Below, piece by piece: positions 60,495 to 64,000 of a stretch of 64,000 nucleotides of DNA (its first letter is position 1; each line of letters starts with the position of its first letter). Origin of the DNA: an uncultured Candidatus Woesearchaeota archaeon (GTDB lineage: Archaea; Nanobdellota; Nanobdellia; Woesearchaeales; B29-G15); the NCBI GenBank assembly GCA_903915225.1, contig CAIWSB010000089.1, positions 5,835 through 69,834 on the forward strand, read 5' to 3'. The notes beneath the pieces are model-generated. The model did not search any database. It was not told the DNA's origin and saw only the letters and a program-made list of their open reading frames with translations. Position numbers and translations under genes: made by a program.

Positions 60495-62786
60495 ATGGCT
60501 GGAGAAGAAAAAAAAGAGGGGTGCCCTTATTCTGTAGAGCATGAGGGGGATGAAACAATCCTCTCGTTCGACTGTAACAAATGCGCCTACTCACCCTCCA
60601 TTGAGGATAATGAGAACTGCATGGCAAGGGTCATTGAAACCCTCAATGTGGTTGAGTCAACAACCAAAATTGTGTTCTCACAAAAGCACAATTACGAGTA
60701 TGAGATTGAGCAGACTGCAATACTCAAGGAGATTGCCAAGGTTTACTCACGCTTAACTCATGACAGCGATACCTTTGGCATAGACCGTCTCAACGCACCG
60801 GATTGCATTGACCTGGCCAGCATCTATTACATGCGCATAAAGAATGTTCTTTTTGAGCTGATTAAGAGTGACCCGCTGGGTGCATTTGTCCGTGCAAAAC
60901 GGTGGGGGCGTGAGGCAAAGAATGAGCAACCAGGGGATGCATCTCCAGAACGGGCTGAATGCACCCGTAACTACCTTGAGATGCTCCGTGTGATTGTGAG
61001 TGAGCTCGCAAAAACAAAGATGCTCAAGCAAGCCAAGCCATTCCTGGCTGGGTACAAGGTTGGAGACAGGGACATTTACAGAAAAATCTTCATGCCTTCT
61101 ATTAAGCCTGATTTCATGTTCACCAAGCTTATGTCAACCTTCCCAAATGACTCTGAAGAGATTGACACCTACAAGCTGTCAGGGGGGAGCGAGATAACCA
61201 TTTTCAAGCTAAAGGACACTGTGCAGTACCTTTACCATTTGATGCCTCCTGAGTTTAATCTTTCTGAAGAAAAATACGAGCTGCTGGATCAGGCCAAGAA
61301 AATCCTTTCCTCCCACAAACCAACAGAGCAGGAGTTTGTTGACCCCTCCAGGATGAGGCAGGTCTTCATGAATGTGGGGCATGATCTTATTGAGGAGCTT
61401 GCAGAGTACAACTCAATTCACATGAACGAGGAAGAGCTCAACCTCCTGGCTGAGATTCTTGTGCGCTACACAGTTGGCTTCGGGCTGATTGAGGTGCTGC
61501 TGCAGGACAAGGCTGTACAGGATATAACTGTTAACTCGCCCACAGGTCAAACCCCAATATTCATAGTGCATGAGATTTATGGGGATTGCAAGACCAACAT
61601 AATCCCAACGCCTAACGAAGTGGAATCCTGGGCGACAAAGCTGAGGATGGTTTCCGGCCGGCCGTTGGATGAGGCTAACCCAATACTTGACACCGGTATC
61701 GTGCTGCCAGGAGCAAGAGCCAGGGTTGCAGTCATATCCAAACCGCTAAACCCCAGTGGACTGGCATATGCATTCAGGAGGCACAGAGACAAGCCATGGA
61801 CGCTGCCCCTTTTTATCCAGAACAAAATGCTAACTCCGCTGGCCGCCGGGCTAATAAGTTTTATTATTGATGGAGCTCGAACAATTCTTGTGGCAGGAAC
61901 AAGGTCAGCTGGTAAGACTTCAGTCCTGGGTGCTGTTTTGACTGAGATTATGAGAAAATACAGGATTATCACAATTGAGGACACGCTAGAGCTCCCTACA
62001 GATGCGCTCCGCGAGCTCAACTACAACATACAGCACATGAAGGTTGCCTCTGCAATGTCCAAGAACACATCAGAGGTGCCTGCTGATGAGGGCCTAAGGA
62101 CAACCCTCAGGATGGGTGACTCCTGCCTCATTATTGGAGAAGTTAGAAGTACTGAGGCCCTTGCTTTGTACGAAGCAATGCGTGTTGGGGCAATGGCCAA
62201 CGTTGTCGCAGGAACAATCCACGGCGATTCACCTTTCGGTGTTTACGACAGGGTTGTGAATGATCTTGGTGTTCCAAAAACCTCTTTCAAGGCAACGGAT
62301 ATTATAATTGTATGCAACCCAATTAAGAGCCCTGACGGACTCCATAAGTGGAAACGCGTGACACAGATTTCTGAAGTAAGAAAAGAATGGGTTGATGACC
62401 CGCTCCGTGAGCATGGCTTTGTTGATCTAATGAAATACTCTGCGAAAGATGATGAGCTCAAGCCCACCAAGGATCTGCTAGAAGGTGAGATTGAGGTGCT
62501 CAAGAAAATTGCAGAGAATGTGGAGGAATGGGCTGGCAACTGGGATGCGGTTTGGGACAACATACTTCTAAGGGCCAAGACAAAGGAAAGAATTGTGGAA
62601 GTGGCAGCTAAGGAAAAGCTGGATATTCTGCTTGAGGCTGAATTTGTGGTGCAGGCCAACGACCAGTTCCACCGTGTCTGCGAGCAGGTGAAGGCTGACA
62701 GGGGCAAAATGGACAGTAAAAGGATTTTCCTGCTCTGGGATGATTGGCTAAAGAAAGCAGTGGAGAAGATTAAGCAGCAGGCCTAA
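60495..62786 (+). CDS. Type II/IV secretion-family ATPase (archaeal FlaI/PilB-like) with an extended N-terminal region.
   Basis: Walker A GTRSAGKTS, Walker B-like CLIIGEVRSTEA, and GspE-family His/Asp boxes. I take the start at the ATG at 60495 (MAGEEKK) rather than the TTG at 60468. Confidence 0.75.
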   Translation: MAGEEKKEGCPYSVEHEGDETILSFDCNKCAYSPSIEDNENCMARVIETLNVVESTTKIVFSQKHNYEYEIEQTAILKEIAKVYSRLTHDSDTFGIDRLNAPDCIDLASIYYMRIKNVLFELIKSDPLGAFVRAKRWGREAKNEQPGDASPERAECTRNYLEMLRVIVSELAKTKMLKQAKPFLAGYKVGDRDIYRKIFMPSIKPDFMFTKLMSTFPNDSEEIDTYKLSGGSEITIFKLKDTVQYLYHLMPPEFNLSEEKYELLDQAKKILSSHKPTEQEFVDPSRMRQVFMNVGHDLIEELAEYNSIHMNEEELNLLAEILVRYTVGFGLIEVLLQDKAVQDITVNSPTGQTPIFIVHEIYGDCKTNIIPTPNEVESWATKLRMVSGRPLDEANPILDTGIVLPGARARVAVISKPLNPSGLAYAFRRHRDKPWTLPLFIQNKMLTPLAAGLISFIIDGARTILVAGTRSAGKTSVLGAVLTEIMRKYRIITIEDTLELPTDALRELNYNIQHMKVASAMSKNTSEVPADEGLRTTLRMGDSCLIIGEVRSTEALALYEAMRVGAMANVVAGTIHGDSPFGVYDRVVNDLGVPKTSFKATDIIIVCNPIKSPDGLHKWKRVTQISEVRKEWVDDPLREHGFVDLMKYSAKDDELKPTKDLLEGEIEVLKKIAENVEEWAGNWDAVWDNILLRAKTKERIVEVAAKEKLDILLEAEFVVQANDQFHRVCEQVKADRGKMDSKRIFLLWDDWLKKAVEKIKQQA

Positions 62787-62787
62787 A

Positions 62788-64000
62788 ATGGGGGAAGAGG
62801 ATATAATTGAGAAGTACAAGGCCAGGATTGCCACAGAGTTGGGCGAATCAAGGCTTACTCCAGTGCGCTCTAAAAAGCTCACCACAGACCAGTACAACAA
62901 GTTCAAGCATGAATTCCTACCCAAAAACCTCTCCTATTACGAGCAGGCCTGTCGTTTCTCGGAGTTCCTTAGACTCAGGCCCAGCCCCAAGGAGGATGTT
63001 GAGCTTCAGGAGTCTATTAACATAACCCACTTGGGGGTCACCCCGACGGGAGTACTCTCTTTTGCCCTGGTGGGCCCGATAATATTCATGATACTTGGTG
63101 GCGTCCTTTCATTTGCCATCTTCCAAAAGATGGGTTTTGTGATTTATTTCATGCTGATGGGTGTAATCCTGATTTTTCTATTCAGGAAGCTCCCACATTT
63201 CATGGCCAACAGCTGGCGCCTTAAGGCCAGCAACCAAATGGTGCAGTGCATTTTCTATGTGGTTACGTATATGCGCCACACCTCAAACCTGGAGAATGCA
63301 ATCCAGTTTGCTGCCGAGCACTTGAGCGCGCCACTATCAATTGACCTCAGGAAAGTCCTCTGGGATGTGGAGACCGGCAAGTATGACACAATCAAGATGT
63401 CATTGGATGCCTACCTGGAGAGCTGGCGCAAATGGAACCTGGAATTTATCGAGGCCTTCCATCTTGTTGAATCCTCACTCCTGGAGCCTTCAGAGGACCG
63501 CAGGCTGGCCCTTCTTGAGAAATCACTGGATGTTATGCTTTCTGAGACATATGAGAAAATGCTCCACTATACCCATGAGCTCACGTCGCCTATTACGATT
63601 CTCGTTATGCTAGGGATAGTACTGCCTGTGCTGGGGCTTGTGATTTTGCCAATGATTACCAGCTTCATGACCTCAAAGACTATGACGCCAAACGCCCTCG
63701 CGCTGTATTTGGCTGTGCTGTATGATGTTACCCTTCCAATAATTGTTTATGTGTTTGGCAGGATAGTACTCACCAAGAGACCAACAGGCTACGGCGAATC
63801 TGACATTTCAAGCGAGTTCCCTGAATATGAAAAATACAAGAATATAATAGTAAAGATAGGCAGCTATGAGCTGAAAATAAACCCGCTGTGGATTTCACTG
63901 ATGATAGCTATCCCACTAATAATAATAGGGCTCTACCCATGGGTACATAGGTATGTTGTGCCAATAAATGTGCTCACTGCTGAAAAGCCCTTCTTCATGA
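62788..64000 (+). CDS. Type IV pilus/archaellum membrane platform protein (FlaJ/TadC, GspF-like), 3'-truncated at the window end.
   Basis: The ORF opens at the ATG 1 nt after the ATPase stop and runs to the window end without a stop. It has alternating cytoplasmic helical domains and TM helix pairs. It is missing from the ORF track because it has no stop codon. Confidence 0.55.
   Translation, partial: MGEEDIIEKYKARIATELGESRLTPVRSKKLTTDQYNKFKHEFLPKNLSYYEQACRFSEFLRLRPSPKEDVELQESINITHLGVTPTGVLSFALVGPIIFMILGGVLSFAIFQKMGFVIYFMLMGVILIFLFRKLPHFMANSWRLKASNQMVQCIFYVVTYMRHTSNLENAIQFAAEHLSAPLSIDLRKVLWDVETGKYDTIKMSLDAYLESWRKWNLEFIEAFHLVESSLLEPSEDRRLALLEKSLDVMLSETYEKMLHYTHELTSPITILVMLGIVLPVLGLVILPMITSFMTSKTMTPNALALYLAVLYDVTLPIIVYVFGRIVLTKRPTGYGESDISSEFPEYEKYKNIIVKIGSYELKINPLWISLMIAIPLIIIGLYPWVHRYVVPINVLTAEKPFFM

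Noticed and set aside
60405-60542. N-terminal 46 codons of the 191-aa ORF (MLYRIRAPLFFFFSSHF...).
   Set aside because: Hydrophobic/poly-Phe read-through of an intergenic T-tract. The downstream ATG (MAEQRGG...) is the plausible start. My hand translation of 60410-60430 also showed an apparent 1-nt frame inconsistency with the ORF track, which I attribute to my own transcription error.

Overview
This 64 kb window looks archaeal. The evidence is a split rpoB (B''/B') inside a canonical rpoH-B''-B'-A'-A''-L30e-NusA-S12 operon, aCPSF1, ABCE1, a proteasome beta subunit, a FlaI/FlaJ-like type IV pilus module, leaderless genes with a TATA about 30 nt upstream, and tRNAs with archaeal-type introns. 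The lineage is plausibly DPANN or euryarchaeal, but I cannot assign it from sequence alone. Coding density is high and many genes are coupled by ATGA or 4-nt overlaps.

Core content:
- The UDP-GlcNAc operon glmS-glmM-glmU-like.
- Three class I aminoacyl-tRNA synthetases (ValRS, CysRS, IleRS).
- ABCE1.
- A MacB/FtsX-type ABC transporter.
- A GNAT acetyltransferase.
- A YegS/DAGK-like lipid kinase.
- A tRNA cluster (Lys, Asp, Tyr).

Accessory content sits in a ~17 kb island between valS and cysS (15355-32195). It holds two large secreted cysteine-rich proteins with thrombospondin type-3 calcium-binding repeats. Next to them is a long co-directional operon: radical SAM enzyme, tandem AAA+ ATPase, a hypothetical protein, then six tandem paralogues (one frameshifted) of an uncharacterised 400-560 aa protein family with shared His-rich motifs. 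The island ends with a small secreted Cys-rich-module/thioredoxin fusion. I cannot assign the paralogue family to any known domain; it is the best candidate for an undescribed system.

Two further observations stand out:
- A ~95-125 nt intergenic structured repeat is present in at least four clear copies plus one divergent copy. It has terminal inverted repeats and compensatory changes in an internal hairpin.
- All three tRNA genes carry an insertion at the same non-canonical position, directly after the T-loop.

All coordinates were derived by hand from the sequence and the ORF track and may be off by a few nt.
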